Source: Sedimentisphaeraceae bacterium JB056 | GTDB taxonomy: Bacteria > Planctomycetota > Phycisphaerae > Sedimentisphaerales > Sedimentisphaeraceae | Assembly (NCBI GenBank): GCA_044440125.1 | Contig: JBITAJ010000004.1 | Location: 32,001 to 96,000 of the forward strand | Reading direction: 5' to 3' | Length of the DNA stretch: 64,000 nt | In this document: positions 19,331-30,744 of the stretch, one piece after another | How the letters are laid out: each line of letters begins with the position of its first letter | Numbering within the stretch: the stretch's first letter is position 1 | Program-made: the position numbers and the translations under genes | Notes under the pieces: model-generated | What the model was told of the DNA's origin: nothing | The model's database searches: none | What the model saw: the letters and a program-made list of their open reading frames with translations, nothing else

Positions 19331-20761
19331 TTATACACACATGTATTTATTGAGGTGGCAAATAAGGCCATTTGTCATCGATTCCCTAACATCTTGGTAT
19401 TTCGAGTCAGTCATCAGATTATACCACTCACAGGAATCATTTTGAATATCATAAAATTCACCTTCAATTATATCCTTTTGGGCAAAACCATATCTCTCAC
19501 AGTTATTAGGGAATGTCAATATAAGCTTATACTGCTGATTTCTCCACATATAGGATTTAGTATTAAGTTTTTCATGGAACTCGCAAAAGTTCGCTTCCCT
19601 AACATCATCTGACAACAAGTCTTTACCCGGAAGGACTTTAGAATCAACATCCTTTCCTGCTGCCTTTATCAATGTCGGCAAAATATCTACCAACTCTGCC
19701 GGCCTGTGGTCTATGCTGCCCTTGAGTTTCTCGTCAATAAAAGTGCCGGCAAGTATCATAGGCACTCTAACACTGGATTCATAGAGACAATACTTATTGA
19801 ACCTGTAATACCTCTCTCCAAGCATTTCACCATGATCTGAAACGAACACAATCAAACAGTTCTCAAGCACACCCTTGCTCTCAAGCTTCTCAAGTGCCCT
19901 GCCAAACATACTGTCTATCCATGAGCAATTAGCCCGATACCTCAGTATCATCTGCTGCCACTGCCGCCTGTCAACTTTGCTCCAGTGATCAATGTACATA
20001 TCTTCCCTGTTGATACCAGTTGCATGACACGGCTCAACCAAATCCTTTGGAGGCTGGCTTGGCACAGGCATATCATCAATATCATACCAATCAACAAAAT
20101 CACCAGGAACATTATTACCCGCATGAGGCTTCAGAAACGAAAGATAGAGAAACAACGGCCGCTCATCATCAATACCGGAATCAAGAAACTCCATACACCT
20201 GTCAAAAACCCAGCCATCCCTGTGATCACTTTCAGGCAATTTACTTTTGCAGCCGATATAGCCTTCTATACCTTCTTCACCCGGGCCATAGTTCTTTGTC
20301 TCCTCATCATAGCGTGCCAGTGCATCAGGGGCAGCATCGCCCATCATAACCGCACCTTTTTCGAAAAGTTTACCATCGGAGGGCTGACCAACATAGCGAA
20401 CCTCAAATCCGCGAGTGGATGTGCCATGGTAACACCAGTGTGTTTTGCCAAAACCTGCTGTCTGATAACCTTCCTTTCGAAGTACTTCAGGCAAGGGATC
20501 GACCGGCAAATTTTCATCTGTAACATACTGACCGTTTCTTGTAACACCAATTTGCGAAGGATAAAGTCCCAGCATCATTGAATATCTGCTTGGAACGCAC
20601 ATCGCAGCCTGACAAACTGCCTGATCAAAAACTACGCCGTCATCAGCAAGCTTATCTAAAGCAGGTGTCTTGACGCCAGAATTGAGCTTTCCAAGATAAT
20701 CCCATCTTTGCTGGTCACTCATTAAAAATATGATATTAGGTCTTTTTTCTTTATTCAACAT
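19331..20761 (-). CDS. Formylglycine-dependent sulfatase (S1 family), no obvious signal peptide
   Basis: RPNIIFLMSDQQR, CVPSR (CxPxR), GKTH, KPH, SDHGEMLG, K..LYESSVRVP. Confidence 0.92.
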   Translation of the reverse strand: MLNKEKRPNIIFLMSDQQRWDYLGKLNSGVKTPALDKLADDGVVFDQAVCQAAMCVPSRYSMMLGLYPSQIGVTRNGQYVTDENLPVDPLPEVLRKEGYQTAGFGKTHWCYHGTSTRGFEVRYVGQPSDGKLFEKGAVMMGDAAPDALARYDEETKNYGPGEEGIEGYIGCKSKLPESDHRDGWVFDRCMEFLDSGIDDERPLFLYLSFLKPHAGNNVPGDFVDWYDIDDMPVPSQPPKDLVEPCHATGINREDMYIDHWSKVDRRQWQQMILRYRANCSWIDSMFGRALEKLESKGVLENCLIVFVSDHGEMLGERYYRFNKYCLYESSVRVPMILAGTFIDEKLKGSIDHRPAELVDILPTLIKAAGKDVDSKVLPGKDLLSDDVREANFCEFHEKLNTKSYMWRNQQYKLILTFPNNCERYGFAQKDIIEGEFYDIQNDSCEWYNLMTDSKYQDVRESMTNGLICHLNKYMCV

Positions 20762-20783
20762 AATACAATCACAGTCTCTGAAA

Positions 20784-22337
20784 TTATTTCATTGTCCATA
20801 CCGTTAATTTATAAAGCGATGGAGCATCGGCCTTTCTCTTAAAGAAAAATGCGCCTACTGAACTGCCGGTAAACATAACAAAATTACCAACTATCGCAGT
20901 ATAATAAAGATCAAACGGCGGCAGCGGAACAATCTTCTTTTGCCCCAATACGATATAGACAGTATAAACTATAGTACACACAATACCAACTAAAACCGAT
21001 CTGGAATCTCCAAACTTCGTCAAAAAGCCAAAGAAGAAAAGCCCAAGCAATCCGCTGCCGAAAATACTTCCTAAAACAGCACCAGTGTGCTGAATAGTCT
21101 TGGTATCAGAGTACGCAATCACAGTTCCAAGTATCACCATTACTACAGCCGCTACAGCCGCGGTGAATCTGGAAACGAAAAGATAGTGCTTTTCATCTCT
21201 GTTCTTACTAATTCGTTCTCTGTAAATATCGGTAACGAAAACAGCCGAGACCGCATTCATCGAAGAATCAAGAGATGACATAGCCGCCGCCACCGTAGCC
21301 GCAATAACCAGCCCTGAAAGACCGGCAGGCATATAATTCGTCACAAAATACGGCAGGATACCTTCCGGTTTTTGCTCACCGGTAAGCATAGCCGCCGCAG
21401 TATCTGTAGGATTAAGCTTAAAAAACACATAAAAAGCCGTCCCAAGAAACATGAAAAATATCCAGATTGGCAATCTTGCACATACGCTCCACCATATAGC
21501 CTTACGAGCCTCACTATCGCTTGCTGCCCCGCAATACCGCTGCACACAATTCTGATCAGTGGAATATTCCTGAAGCCAGGAAGTAAGCCCCAGCAGAAGC
21601 ATCATCAGCCCCGTTTTTTTGGACAGGGCCCAGCCCCACGAAATTGGAACAAGCCTCTCACCCTTCAACTCAGAAAAGGCAAGTTTACCATCTTCGGAGG
21701 CTATCCTGATTATTTCACCAAGACCTCCGGGGATATTCATAAGTATAATTATCAAAACAACTATACCGCCAAGCAGTAACACAATTGTCTGGATTACATC
21801 CGTCCATACAACGGCATCAATACCGCCGGCAATCGTATATATCGAAACCACGACACCGGAAACAACCAGGCATATCCACAAATCCCAACCGGTAAGGGTA
21901 TTAAGCAACTTGCCGACAAGAAACAGAACGATTCCAAGCCGAATAAACTGCCCCATGATAAAAGTGATACTGCCGTAAATCCTGACACCTTCACCAAATC
22001 TGAGACCAAGATACTGGTAGGCACTCGTCTTTCTGCCTGTTCTATAGAATGGTATTATAATGAAAGCCGCAACAAGACCGGCTATAGGCATCATGAAATT
22101 TGGAATCATCCTAAGCCATGCAGTATGGTAAGAATCAGCAGGATAAGCAAGGAAAGATACAGAACTTATCGATGTACCTACCAAACTTAAACCAACAACC
22201 CAACCCTTGAATTTTCTACCGCCAACAAAATATTCTTCCGTATCTGTATTCTTCTTTGAAAAGTAATAACCCAAATAGGCCATTGAAACAAAATAAACAG
22301 CAATTATAAACCAATCTAACAAATGAAGTGAAGCCAT
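20784..22337 (-). CDS. SSS-family symporter (SiaT-like subfamily by motif)
   Basis: YFVGGR, GLSLVGTSISSVSFLAYPA, AVVWTDVIQ, DQNCVQRY, AAAMSSLDSSMN. Confidence 0.9.
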   Translation of the reverse strand: MASLHLLDWFIIAVYFVSMAYLGYYFSKKNTDTEEYFVGGRKFKGWVVGLSLVGTSISSVSFLAYPADSYHTAWLRMIPNFMMPIAGLVAAFIIIPFYRTGRKTSAYQYLGLRFGEGVRIYGSITFIMGQFIRLGIVLFLVGKLLNTLTGWDLWICLVVSGVVVSIYTIAGGIDAVVWTDVIQTIVLLLGGIVVLIIILMNIPGGLGEIIRIASEDGKLAFSELKGERLVPISWGWALSKKTGLMMLLLGLTSWLQEYSTDQNCVQRYCGAASDSEARKAIWWSVCARLPIWIFFMFLGTAFYVFFKLNPTDTAAAMLTGEQKPEGILPYFVTNYMPAGLSGLVIAATVAAAMSSLDSSMNAVSAVFVTDIYRERISKNRDEKHYLFVSRFTAAVAAVVMVILGTVIAYSDTKTIQHTGAVLGSIFGSGLLGLFFFGFLTKFGDSRSVLVGIVCTIVYTVYIVLGQKKIVPLPPFDLYYTAIVGNFVMFTGSSVGAFFFKRKADAPSLYKLTVWTMK

Positions 22338-22362
22338 TGATTAAATACCTATCGTTTAACTC

Positions 22363-25300
22363 TTAATTTTTAACCACAATTTCTTTTTCTGTCTTTATTA
22401 TCGAACCATCCAGATATGTAACTTTAACAGTCAGGATGTGCCTGCCGTTACTTACACTGGAAGTATTCCATTTATTTTCATCACCAAAAGCAACATAAGG
22501 CGGCACGCCTTCTTTAGCAATCCATTTGCCGTCAACATAAAAATCAACAAGGTTTATGCCTGTGCCTGATGCTGTCGCTTCAAATACAACCTCGCCTGAA
22601 ACAACAGATGATTTTGGTGAAATTATCTGAACAAGTCTGTTGTCTGCATCATTGAGACATTTTTTCTCATCAGCAAGCCACTGTATCGGAGAATCAACCG
22701 GGACAAGGAATTCGGCATCAGAATCAACAGCATTAGAAAAATCGAAAATCTCCACTGCATTTTTTCCAACTTTCTTCTCAAAAGTTTCCGCCTTGAAAAC
22801 CGGATAACTATCACCAACAAAGAAATCGTGTTCATAATATGCAAGGCGGCCTGATTCACAACCATGTATCAAATCCATCTTGCCATCGTTATTCCAGTCA
22901 ACCATGCACGGTCCGCCTGAATGCCATTGATCATGTCCGTCTGAGCCTGTCCACTCTGCAAAACGCAGCCCTCGTGCCTTTAATACTCCCTTCTCAAATA
23001 CAGCCTTTGTTTTCGTGCCGACATTTTCAAGATAAAGTATATTGCCGCCGCCTAATGAACCTCTCGGGCGACCTATCATTATATCTATATCTCCATCGCC
23101 GTCCCAATCAGCAGTATCGAACTGCGACCTCCCCTTACTCCTGTCAGGCGTTTTCGATTGGAATATACTCACCTTGCTGCCATCAGTAAGGAACAATGTT
23201 TCTTTACGAGTCAGATAATCAGGATGATCCGGGTCTATGTCATAAACGACAATTGAGCCATCCTGCTCCAATACCGTTATTTCCATAACACCGTCACCCT
23301 CCCAATCCGCAATACCGGGACGATTTCGCCATGGTGTTATCAACGGCAGGCTGTTCTCAAGGAAAGGTCTTATCACGCTGCTCATAACAGGTCGGCGGCG
23401 AGAACCAACATTTTCAATCCATCTGAGTCTGCCAAGAGAATCATTTATTATAATATCAATATCGCCGTCTCTATCAACATCCAAACATTGACACGACAAA
23501 TATCCCCAGCATTTCTCAACCGCACCCTGTATCGTCGCACCCGCCTTTTGGGCAGTAATTCTTATAGGCTCATCTTTATCGTTTCTAATTCGTCCGGCAT
23601 ATTCAAACGCCGGTCTCTGATAATCACCTTTATTTCTAAAAAAAGAGATATTACCATTAACATCTGCACAAACTATATCAAGCCTGCCATCACCATCCCA
23701 ATCAACAACATCGGGAGTTGGTGAATCTGCAACTGAAATCTTACCTGAAAGCTGCTCAAGCCTTGATGGTGTCTTAAACAACACCTTACCGGGAACATTT
23801 TCGTTCAGAATCAGAAAAATAAATCCATTCCATCCGGTAAGTACAATATCGCTTCGCCCATCTTTATTCCAATCTATTGCATGAGGCTTGAGTGACATAT
23901 CACCGGAGTCATATTTATTACAACTGTAAGTATTAAACTCAAAAGATTTTCTCTCGACAGCCGTTCTCAATTTCGAAGTCTGTTTATTAACAAGAATCTG
24001 CATATCACTGTCAGCGGTACCTGCTGCAATATCGACAAAGCCGTCACCATCAAAATCACCGCAGGCCAACTGACTCCATGTAGCATTATCAAATATAATA
24101 TCCCTGCCGTCAACATCTGTGAGAGCGATATTTTTGCCGTCAGAGAATCTTACAACTATTCTCGCCCAGACACCTTCAATATATCCGCCTCTTTTATGTT
24201 TCTCCCAAACAAGAGTATCCATCCTGCCGTCATTATCCCAGTCAACAGGAGTCTCCATTGTCTTTGTTTCAACAAGCTTATCGTTCACTGTTGGCTTTTG
24301 ACGCGGCAAGAACAGAGGGTCTTTATCACTGCCAATATTTCTCAGAAGCCAGATGCCGGCATCAGTGTTATTTGCATAAATATCCAAATCACCATCACCG
24401 TCAACATCCTTTATATCAAGCCAACCGCCAGGCCATCCGGCCCATACAGGAACATGTACATCAGGTGCATAATTAAGAAGCTCACCAAGACCAAGATGTT
24501 TATCAAGTATCAAATCCCTTGCACCATCATCTGATGCCGTATTAAAATATATTTCATATTCCAAAACACCTTCAATCGTACGCCATTTGAAAGTACCGTT
24601 GCGTTTGTAGTGATCGGCTAAATTCGATAACGGCTTGGAAAAAGCGACATCTACCTTGCGAGCTTTACCTTTACCATCAATACCTGCAACTACTATTGAA
24701 GATGGATCTATAGGATTACGACTGCCTGAAAGCAGCAGTAACCTTGAGACATCAAAATCAACCCACAAAGGCTGATTACCCTTATCACTTGACACTTCGC
24801 CGCATATTCTATATTCACGATTATTAACGTGCCAGCGTCTTTTAGATATATCGCCTGATGATTTATATTTAAAAGCCATAGCCATTTCATCCGCATCAAC
24901 AAGCGACAGAGACTTGAAAGATACAACACCAGGCCATATCCTTGCGTAGATTATAACTCTCAAATTTTTCACTATTTCAGGAACATCAAGCCTTTTCTCA
25001 AAATATACCCATTTACCCTCAGACTGAAATTCCCGCAGTTCATCACGATAACCATAATCACCAACAATAGCTATTACAGCGGTGGCGTCTCTCATGTAAG
25101 AATTACTGTCAACATTCATCCACCCGCTAAGAACAAATTCACGATTTTTCTGCAAATCAATCTTACCGGCAAGATCCATCACCGCGTAAGATGCAGATTT
25201 ATCTTTAGTAGTAGCCGTAAGAACTGTATCATTGTTACCGCAATTTATTTCCCATACCGATTCAGGTACACATTGCCAATCTTCAGGCGAACTTGCAAGA

Positions 25301-25368
25301 TAATTAGATGCGTTTACCGCTAAACAGCTAAACAAAAAAATAAAGTATAAGTTGAGATATCTACGCAC
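22363..25368 (-). CDS. Secreted FG-GAP/VCBS beta-propeller protein with N-terminal CBM-like and C-terminal Ig-like domains
   Basis: Probable GTG start at 25368 (GGAG RBS); many DWDGDG.DI repeats; C-terminal VDFYVDG...PPY...WNTSSVSNGRHILTV. Confidence 0.8.
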   Translation of the reverse strand: MRRYLNLYFIFLFSCLAVNASNYLASSPEDWQCVPESVWEINCGNNDTVLTATTKDKSASYAVMDLAGKIDLQKNREFVLSGWMNVDSNSYMRDATAVIAIVGDYGYRDELREFQSEGKWVYFEKRLDVPEIVKNLRVIIYARIWPGVVSFKSLSLVDADEMAMAFKYKSSGDISKRRWHVNNREYRICGEVSSDKGNQPLWVDFDVSRLLLLSGSRNPIDPSSIVVAGIDGKGKARKVDVAFSKPLSNLADHYKRNGTFKWRTIEGVLEYEIYFNTASDDGARDLILDKHLGLGELLNYAPDVHVPVWAGWPGGWLDIKDVDGDGDLDIYANNTDAGIWLLRNIGSDKDPLFLPRQKPTVNDKLVETKTMETPVDWDNDGRMDTLVWEKHKRGGYIEGVWARIVVRFSDGKNIALTDVDGRDIIFDNATWSQLACGDFDGDGFVDIAAGTADSDMQILVNKQTSKLRTAVERKSFEFNTYSCNKYDSGDMSLKPHAIDWNKDGRSDIVLTGWNGFIFLILNENVPGKVLFKTPSRLEQLSGKISVADSPTPDVVDWDGDGRLDIVCADVNGNISFFRNKGDYQRPAFEYAGRIRNDKDEPIRITAQKAGATIQGAVEKCWGYLSCQCLDVDRDGDIDIIINDSLGRLRWIENVGSRRRPVMSSVIRPFLENSLPLITPWRNRPGIADWEGDGVMEITVLEQDGSIVVYDIDPDHPDYLTRKETLFLTDGSKVSIFQSKTPDRSKGRSQFDTADWDGDGDIDIMIGRPRGSLGGGNILYLENVGTKTKAVFEKGVLKARGLRFAEWTGSDGHDQWHSGGPCMVDWNNDGKMDLIHGCESGRLAYYEHDFFVGDSYPVFKAETFEKKVGKNAVEIFDFSNAVDSDAEFLVPVDSPIQWLADEKKCLNDADNRLVQIISPKSSVVSGEVVFEATASGTGINLVDFYVDGKWIAKEGVPPYVAFGDENKWNTSSVSNGRHILTVKVTYLDGSIIKTEKEIVVKN

Positions 25369-25384
25369 GTTTAAAACTCCTATA

Positions 25385-28300
25385 TCAATTTGAAGACAAT
25401 CCAAGCCAACCGTCTGCGGTTAATTTTTGAAATTCACTAATCGTTACATCCGGGAATGAACTGCTGCTGAAATAATCATGATTGTAATATGTAATCCGAC
25501 CGGATTCTGTCCCAACCAGTAAATCCATATCACCATCATTATCAAAATCAACCATCTCTGGATGAGCACTGTGCCCATTATGCTTGCCGTTATTACCCGT
25601 CCACTCTACAAAGTTTTCACCGCCTGCCTGAAGTTTGCCTGAAGAAAATACAGGCGATGTTGACGACCCTGTATTCTGCATATATTGCAGTGAACAATTA
25701 AAACCAAGCATACCCCAATCCTGACCATAAATAATATCCAGATCATTATCTCCATCCCAATCTGCCAGATCAACTTGTGTTCTGCCGAGCTGATTGTTAT
25801 CAAATGGACATACGACAATAGGATCACTTTGCGAATCCCTTACCCAATTTTCAAGCTCTAAGACCATACCACCGGAAGTTAGAGGCGTATATATACCAAG
25901 CCTGCCGGAACTGTCCAAAGCAAGAATATTGATTTTGTTATCTCCAGTAATATCGCCGACACCAGGTCTGTTGCGCCACGGCGTCTTAATTGCACGCTCC
26001 TGCTTGTCATACTCGTATATATCTTTTATCTCATCTTCACTCAAAGCACATTCATAAAGCCTTGCTTCATCTATCAATCCGTTAATTCCTCTCGAGGTTG
26101 ATTCATCAGAAGAGCCGATATACAATCTGTCATATGACAGTGAGCCGTTAACGCTTCCACTGTAGACAAGCTCGCCATTATAATATATTTTCATCTCCTG
26201 CCCGCTCTGAACAACACCAACAAAGCACCACTGATTAAGACTGACTGTTTGAGATGACAAATGATTAGCGGATGGATAGCTGTAGTACACATCAAGCTTG
26301 CTGTCTCTTATCCTGAAATTCATCTCATTCCCATTGGATGAATTTATCAGTCGCATCATTGTATGAGGAGATGTAGTTGAAAAACCACTGCTTAAAGATG
26401 AAGGCTTAACCCATAAAAGCATACTGACATCTGTTGTTGAATCAATACTTACGTTCGCTCTCAAACATTGAGGTGAACCCGCGACAGAATTATCAAGCAG
26501 GCATCCATTGCCAAGTATGCCTGTTGAGGTCAACCCCGGTGTTCCGCCAGAACCAACCGAAGCCAGATCATTATGTCCTCCACTGCTGTCTTTAAGATTT
26601 TGCTCAAATCGCCAAAGTCCTGTAAGGTTATCAGAAGCACCACGGCTTGCAAGAGACATTACTTCAATATCTTTAAGCTCTCTGCTGTAAATCTTGATAT
26701 CATCTATCTTGCCGTTGAATCCTCGTGTTGATGCTGATGCAGCTCCGATATAGATTCTGTTATATCCTTGACCGCCATTGGTGTCTTCATGACATACAAC
26801 TTCACCATTGAAGAAAATCTTGATTACATTACGATAATAAGTTACGGAAACAAAGCTCCACTGATTGAGAGGCACTTCAACATCCGTTGTATAGTTTATT
26901 GAAGGATTAGTATAATAGACATCAAGCTTACTGTCACGAATTCTCAGATCAAGAGCGACCGCTTCTCCGGTATTGAAAAGTTTTGCAATAGTATGCGGTG
27001 CCGTATCAGAGAATCCCGACTCAAAATGAGTTGGATTAATCCAGGCCGTAACTGTAAATGGATCGTTTTCTCCAATGCTTATAACCCCGCCAAGACAATT
27101 AGCATAACCCGTTGTCTGATTATCAAAGACATAACATCCTTCAAACAATCCGCTCGCTGTGAAAGAGGGTACTCCTCCGGAACCGGCAGAAGCCAGATCA
27201 ATACCGCTGCCGCTTGAGTCATTGAAATTCCCGTTAAAATTCCAATAAGCATAAACATCTGAATCAATATCCGCTTGCTCTCTGAATCGAATACTGTCGC
27301 TGGAAAGAACACCTGCACTGCTGCTGCCGACATTTTCCCTCAGGCTCAGCCTTCCAAGACTGTCGTTAGTAATCAGATCATAATCGCTGTCATTATCCCA
27401 ATCACAATAATCGAAAGTCAGATATCCCCAGTATGTCTCCTCAGAGCCTTGAATGGTACCATTAGTTGATTCGGCATTAACGGTAATTATCTCTCCACTG
27501 CTGTCTGTAAGATAATCGCCTCCTGCAAATTGAGGCTGGCTGCGAGTTCCTGTATTTTCACAGTATACTATCTGTCCAACTGCGCCGCCTTCCATAAGAT
27601 CAAGATCTCCATCGCCATCCCAGTCAAGCATACAGGGACTGCCGCAGTCGCCATTGTTTATAGGCCCGCCATACTGCTCAAATCTAACAGGACTCTTAAA
27701 ACTCATTTGATTGGAAACCGCCGTATTCTCAAGATAATAAACGCTATGATTCCAGCCGCTTATAAATATATCTTTGTCTCCATCACCGTCCCAGTCAAAT
27801 GGAGTGCATTTTGTCGCCATCTCTTCTATCTGATGATCATCTGCCATACCACTGCCGTTATCACCGGATATAGGCAGGAATGTTTTCTCCGCATAAGGCT
27901 TACTGCTTGTAAAGCCTTTATTCAAAAGTACGACTATATAATTGCTGGCACCACTGGCTAAAATATCATCCTTGCCATCATTGTCAACATCCATCACTGA
28001 AAGCACAATCCATCTCGCCCTTTCTAAAGTAACATCTTCAAGCTGACTGTCAACTATATGAATCGGATCATCGTATATACCGCCGCTATTTAATTGAATT
28101 GTAAAGTAAGCAGAATAGTTTGGACGTACCGCACCTTCTGTATATCCATCTTCATACGCAGTATAAGCAAGCTTATCCAAATAGCCGTCATCATTCCAGT
28201 CGATATAGTATGGAGAAGAGGCAGGCTGCACGCGTTGATCATACTCTGTATATCTTACCGGCGGCAAAAATACAGGTGAATCATCATCGCCAATATTTCT

Positions 28301-28849
28301 TGAAACAAATTCACCGCCGTCATAAGCCTTTAAGTATAAATCCCAATCACCATCATTATCCGCATCAGCAATTGTAGGAGCAGTCCCGCTCCATCCACCC
28401 CAAACGGGATTCAACTCGGTATAATCATATCTGAGCAATTCACCTATACCAAGCGGATAAAAATCCGGCGGCAAGGCATGGCTGAATTTGTCTGCAGTTT
28501 CAAATTCTATTGCATACTGAGTCACTCCGCTTACTGCTTTGAAACGGACGAAAAGTCCATTCTCATAGTGATAAGCCGGAGAAGCTAAATTTGAATCCAT
28601 AACAGCGTCAATCTGTGTTTCAGACGGCAACGCATAAACCTTAACACTGCGTTGATTAACAGGATTCCTCATATCATCAAGAAGCAGCCAGCGAGGAAAA
28701 TCAATATTGGCAATTACCGGATCACCTGCACTTGAACCACTGACATTGACGACAAAACGGTACTTGTCCACTGCATATAGTTGAGTTGCAACTACTATCA
28801 CTACAGACAACATGATCTTTGAAAAATATTTTTTATCGGCCAAAAACAT
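25385..28849 (-). CDS. Secreted FG-GAP beta-propeller protein with two inserted LamG domains
   Basis: Start MFLADKK (AGAGG RBS); DWDGDGD repeats; two LamG units (AWINP...PHTI...RIRDSKLDVYY...GKIDDIKIY). Confidence 0.8.
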   Translation of the reverse strand: MFLADKKYFSKIMLSVVIVVATQLYAVDKYRFVVNVSGSSAGDPVIANIDFPRWLLLDDMRNPVNQRSVKVYALPSETQIDAVMDSNLASPAYHYENGLFVRFKAVSGVTQYAIEFETADKFSHALPPDFYPLGIGELLRYDYTELNPVWGGWSGTAPTIADADNDGDWDLYLKAYDGGEFVSRNIGDDDSPVFLPPVRYTEYDQRVQPASSPYYIDWNDDGYLDKLAYTAYEDGYTEGAVRPNYSAYFTIQLNSGGIYDDPIHIVDSQLEDVTLERARWIVLSVMDVDNDGKDDILASGASNYIVVLLNKGFTSSKPYAEKTFLPISGDNGSGMADDHQIEEMATKCTPFDWDGDGDKDIFISGWNHSVYYLENTAVSNQMSFKSPVRFEQYGGPINNGDCGSPCMLDWDGDGDLDLMEGGAVGQIVYCENTGTRSQPQFAGGDYLTDSSGEIITVNAESTNGTIQGSEETYWGYLTFDYCDWDNDSDYDLITNDSLGRLSLRENVGSSSAGVLSSDSIRFREQADIDSDVYAYWNFNGNFNDSSGSGIDLASAGSGGVPSFTASGLFEGCYVFDNQTTGYANCLGGVISIGENDPFTVTAWINPTHFESGFSDTAPHTIAKLFNTGEAVALDLRIRDSKLDVYYTNPSINYTTDVEVPLNQWSFVSVTYYRNVIKIFFNGEVVCHEDTNGGQGYNRIYIGAASASTRGFNGKIDDIKIYSRELKDIEVMSLASRGASDNLTGLWRFEQNLKDSSGGHNDLASVGSGGTPGLTSTGILGNGCLLDNSVAGSPQCLRANVSIDSTTDVSMLLWVKPSSLSSGFSTTSPHTMMRLINSSNGNEMNFRIRDSKLDVYYSYPSANHLSSQTVSLNQWCFVGVVQSGQEMKIYYNGELVYSGSVNGSLSYDRLYIGSSDESTSRGINGLIDEARLYECALSEDEIKDIYEYDKQERAIKTPWRNRPGVGDITGDNKINILALDSSGRLGIYTPLTSGGMVLELENWVRDSQSDPIVVCPFDNNQLGRTQVDLADWDGDNDLDIIYGQDWGMLGFNCSLQYMQNTGSSTSPVFSSGKLQAGGENFVEWTGNNGKHNGHSAHPEMVDFDNDGDMDLLVGTESGRITYYNHDYFSSSSFPDVTISEFQKLTADGWLGLSSN

Positions 28850-28865
28850 ATTCCACCTCTTTATC

Positions 28866-30665
28866 TCAGTTTTTCTCGTATATTTCGGAAATATCATCAC
28901 TTTTAAGTGCTCTTTTATAAAATCTTACTTCATCTATTAAACCATTTAGACCTCTGGAACTGGAACTTGATGCCGCTCCAAGAATAAGCCTGTCATAAGC
29001 TTGCCCACCGCTAACTGTAAAAGTCTGAAATTGATCATTGAGATGAACTTCAAGAACCGTATCTTTCTGAACAACGGCAACAAAAGACCATTGATCAACA
29101 GGTATCTGAAAACTTGTCAGGTTATTGGCAACAGGATTAGTATAATACACATCAAGCTTGCTGTCTCTTATCCTGAAATCAAGTATTGAACTGCCAATGG
29201 TACTATGATAAAGCCTGGCAATAGTATGCGGCGATGTTGAAGTAAAACCACTCTGAAGAATAGAAGGACTTATCCAGGCTGTAATAGTAACAAAATCATT
29301 AGCATCAACCGTTATATCTGAAGAACTCAATGCCTGCGGACCATAGTTTATATTATCAAATTCGTAACAGCCGTTGATATAACCATAACTGTATGAAACA
29401 GGATCGCTACCAGTCCCGACTGAAATTAGATCATTATCCTGCGGACTGCTGTCATCAAAACCACCGTCAAGCCGCCAGAAACCTTCAAACCCGGTTTCAA
29501 TATCTGTATAGGCATAAATATCCAGCATATCATCATCTGTAAGCTGGCGGCGATATAGACGAACTTCATCAACACTTCCGTTGAGTCCCCTGCTGCTGCT
29601 TCCGGAAGTTGAACCCAGTACAAATCGATCGTAAGCCTGACCACCGCTAACAGTAAAAGACTGCTTCTGATCATTAAGATAGAGAGTAAGCTCTGTAGCT
29701 GACTGAGTCATTCCAACAAAAGACCATTGGTCTGTAGGCACCGTAAGACTGGAGAGATTATTACTTGATGGATTAGTATAATACACTTCAAGCTTTGAAT
29801 CTCTAATTCTGAAATCTAATATTGATGAACCTGAAGTGCTTAGATAAAATCGTCCGATGGTATGCGGCGATGTTGTACTAAAACCACTTTGCAAAACCGA
29901 AGGATTAATCCATGCCGTCATGCTGAGGGCTTCACTGCTGAGAACATCAATAGCGCCCGGATACAATGCCTGCGGACCATTATTAATATTATCGAATACA
30001 TAACATCCTTCCCTGCAGCCATCTCCCGCTACCGGATCAGAACCTGTACCAATAGATATCAGATCCATACTCTCAGGCCCCTCATCTGCAAAATCATCAA
30101 GCCTCCAATACGAATACATATCCATACCGATTGCAGTTGGCAACACAGGATTACTCTCTAATATAATCTGATCAAACCGCACTGTACCGCTGGAACCGTA
30201 ACCACGTAAATACAGTCTTATCGAACTGGTTGAGACAGGTATATAAAAATCCTTTTCAAAATAGGTATAACCATTTGTTGTAACAAACCCTTCTCCCAGT
30301 GTTTCACTGATGCCGGTTCCGGAAACCATTATTTCAGCCTTAAACTTCGTACTGTCAGTAGTTACACTACCTGTTTTCATATACCCGCTGACACGTACTA
30401 CATCACCTCCTGTCACAGTTATCAAATCACTGTAGCAATAAGTATTATCTGTCGCAGAATTCGAAGATGGAAGATCCAGCCTCAGACAGTAATCATCAAA
30501 GGCCGGATCAGCTGAATCAATAGACCAGTCAACACCTCCATTCAGGAAATTCCATCCTGAAGGAATACTTCCAGAATTCTCAAACCCTTCATTGTAAAAA
30601 ATTGATGCCATGGAGCAGGTCTTAAGAAACAACAATAATACTAAGCAAAAATACATTTTTCTCAT
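28866..30665 (-). CDS. Secreted protein: CBM4/9-like domain plus two LamG domains
   Basis: Signal peptide, NEGFE..W...FDQIIL sandwich, two near-identical LamG units. Confidence 0.8.
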   Translation of the reverse strand: MRKMYFCLVLLLFLKTCSMASIFYNEGFENSGSIPSGWNFLNGGVDWSIDSADPAFDDYCLRLDLPSSNSATDNTYCYSDLITVTGGDVVRVSGYMKTGSVTTDSTKFKAEIMVSGTGISETLGEGFVTTNGYTYFEKDFYIPVSTSSIRLYLRGYGSSGTVRFDQIILESNPVLPTAIGMDMYSYWRLDDFADEGPESMDLISIGTGSDPVAGDGCREGCYVFDNINNGPQALYPGAIDVLSSEALSMTAWINPSVLQSGFSTTSPHTIGRFYLSTSGSSILDFRIRDSKLEVYYTNPSSNNLSSLTVPTDQWSFVGMTQSATELTLYLNDQKQSFTVSGGQAYDRFVLGSTSGSSSRGLNGSVDEVRLYRRQLTDDDMLDIYAYTDIETGFEGFWRLDGGFDDSSPQDNDLISVGTGSDPVSYSYGYINGCYEFDNINYGPQALSSSDITVDANDFVTITAWISPSILQSGFTSTSPHTIARLYHSTIGSSILDFRIRDSKLDVYYTNPVANNLTSFQIPVDQWSFVAVVQKDTVLEVHLNDQFQTFTVSGGQAYDRLILGAASSSSSRGLNGLIDEVRFYKRALKSDDISEIYEKN

Positions 30666-30744
30666 ACTATTACCTCTCTTAATAATTTGAAGTCAACCAA
30701 CACTTAAAATATATAACTATGAACTGATATGTTACAAAGCAAAA

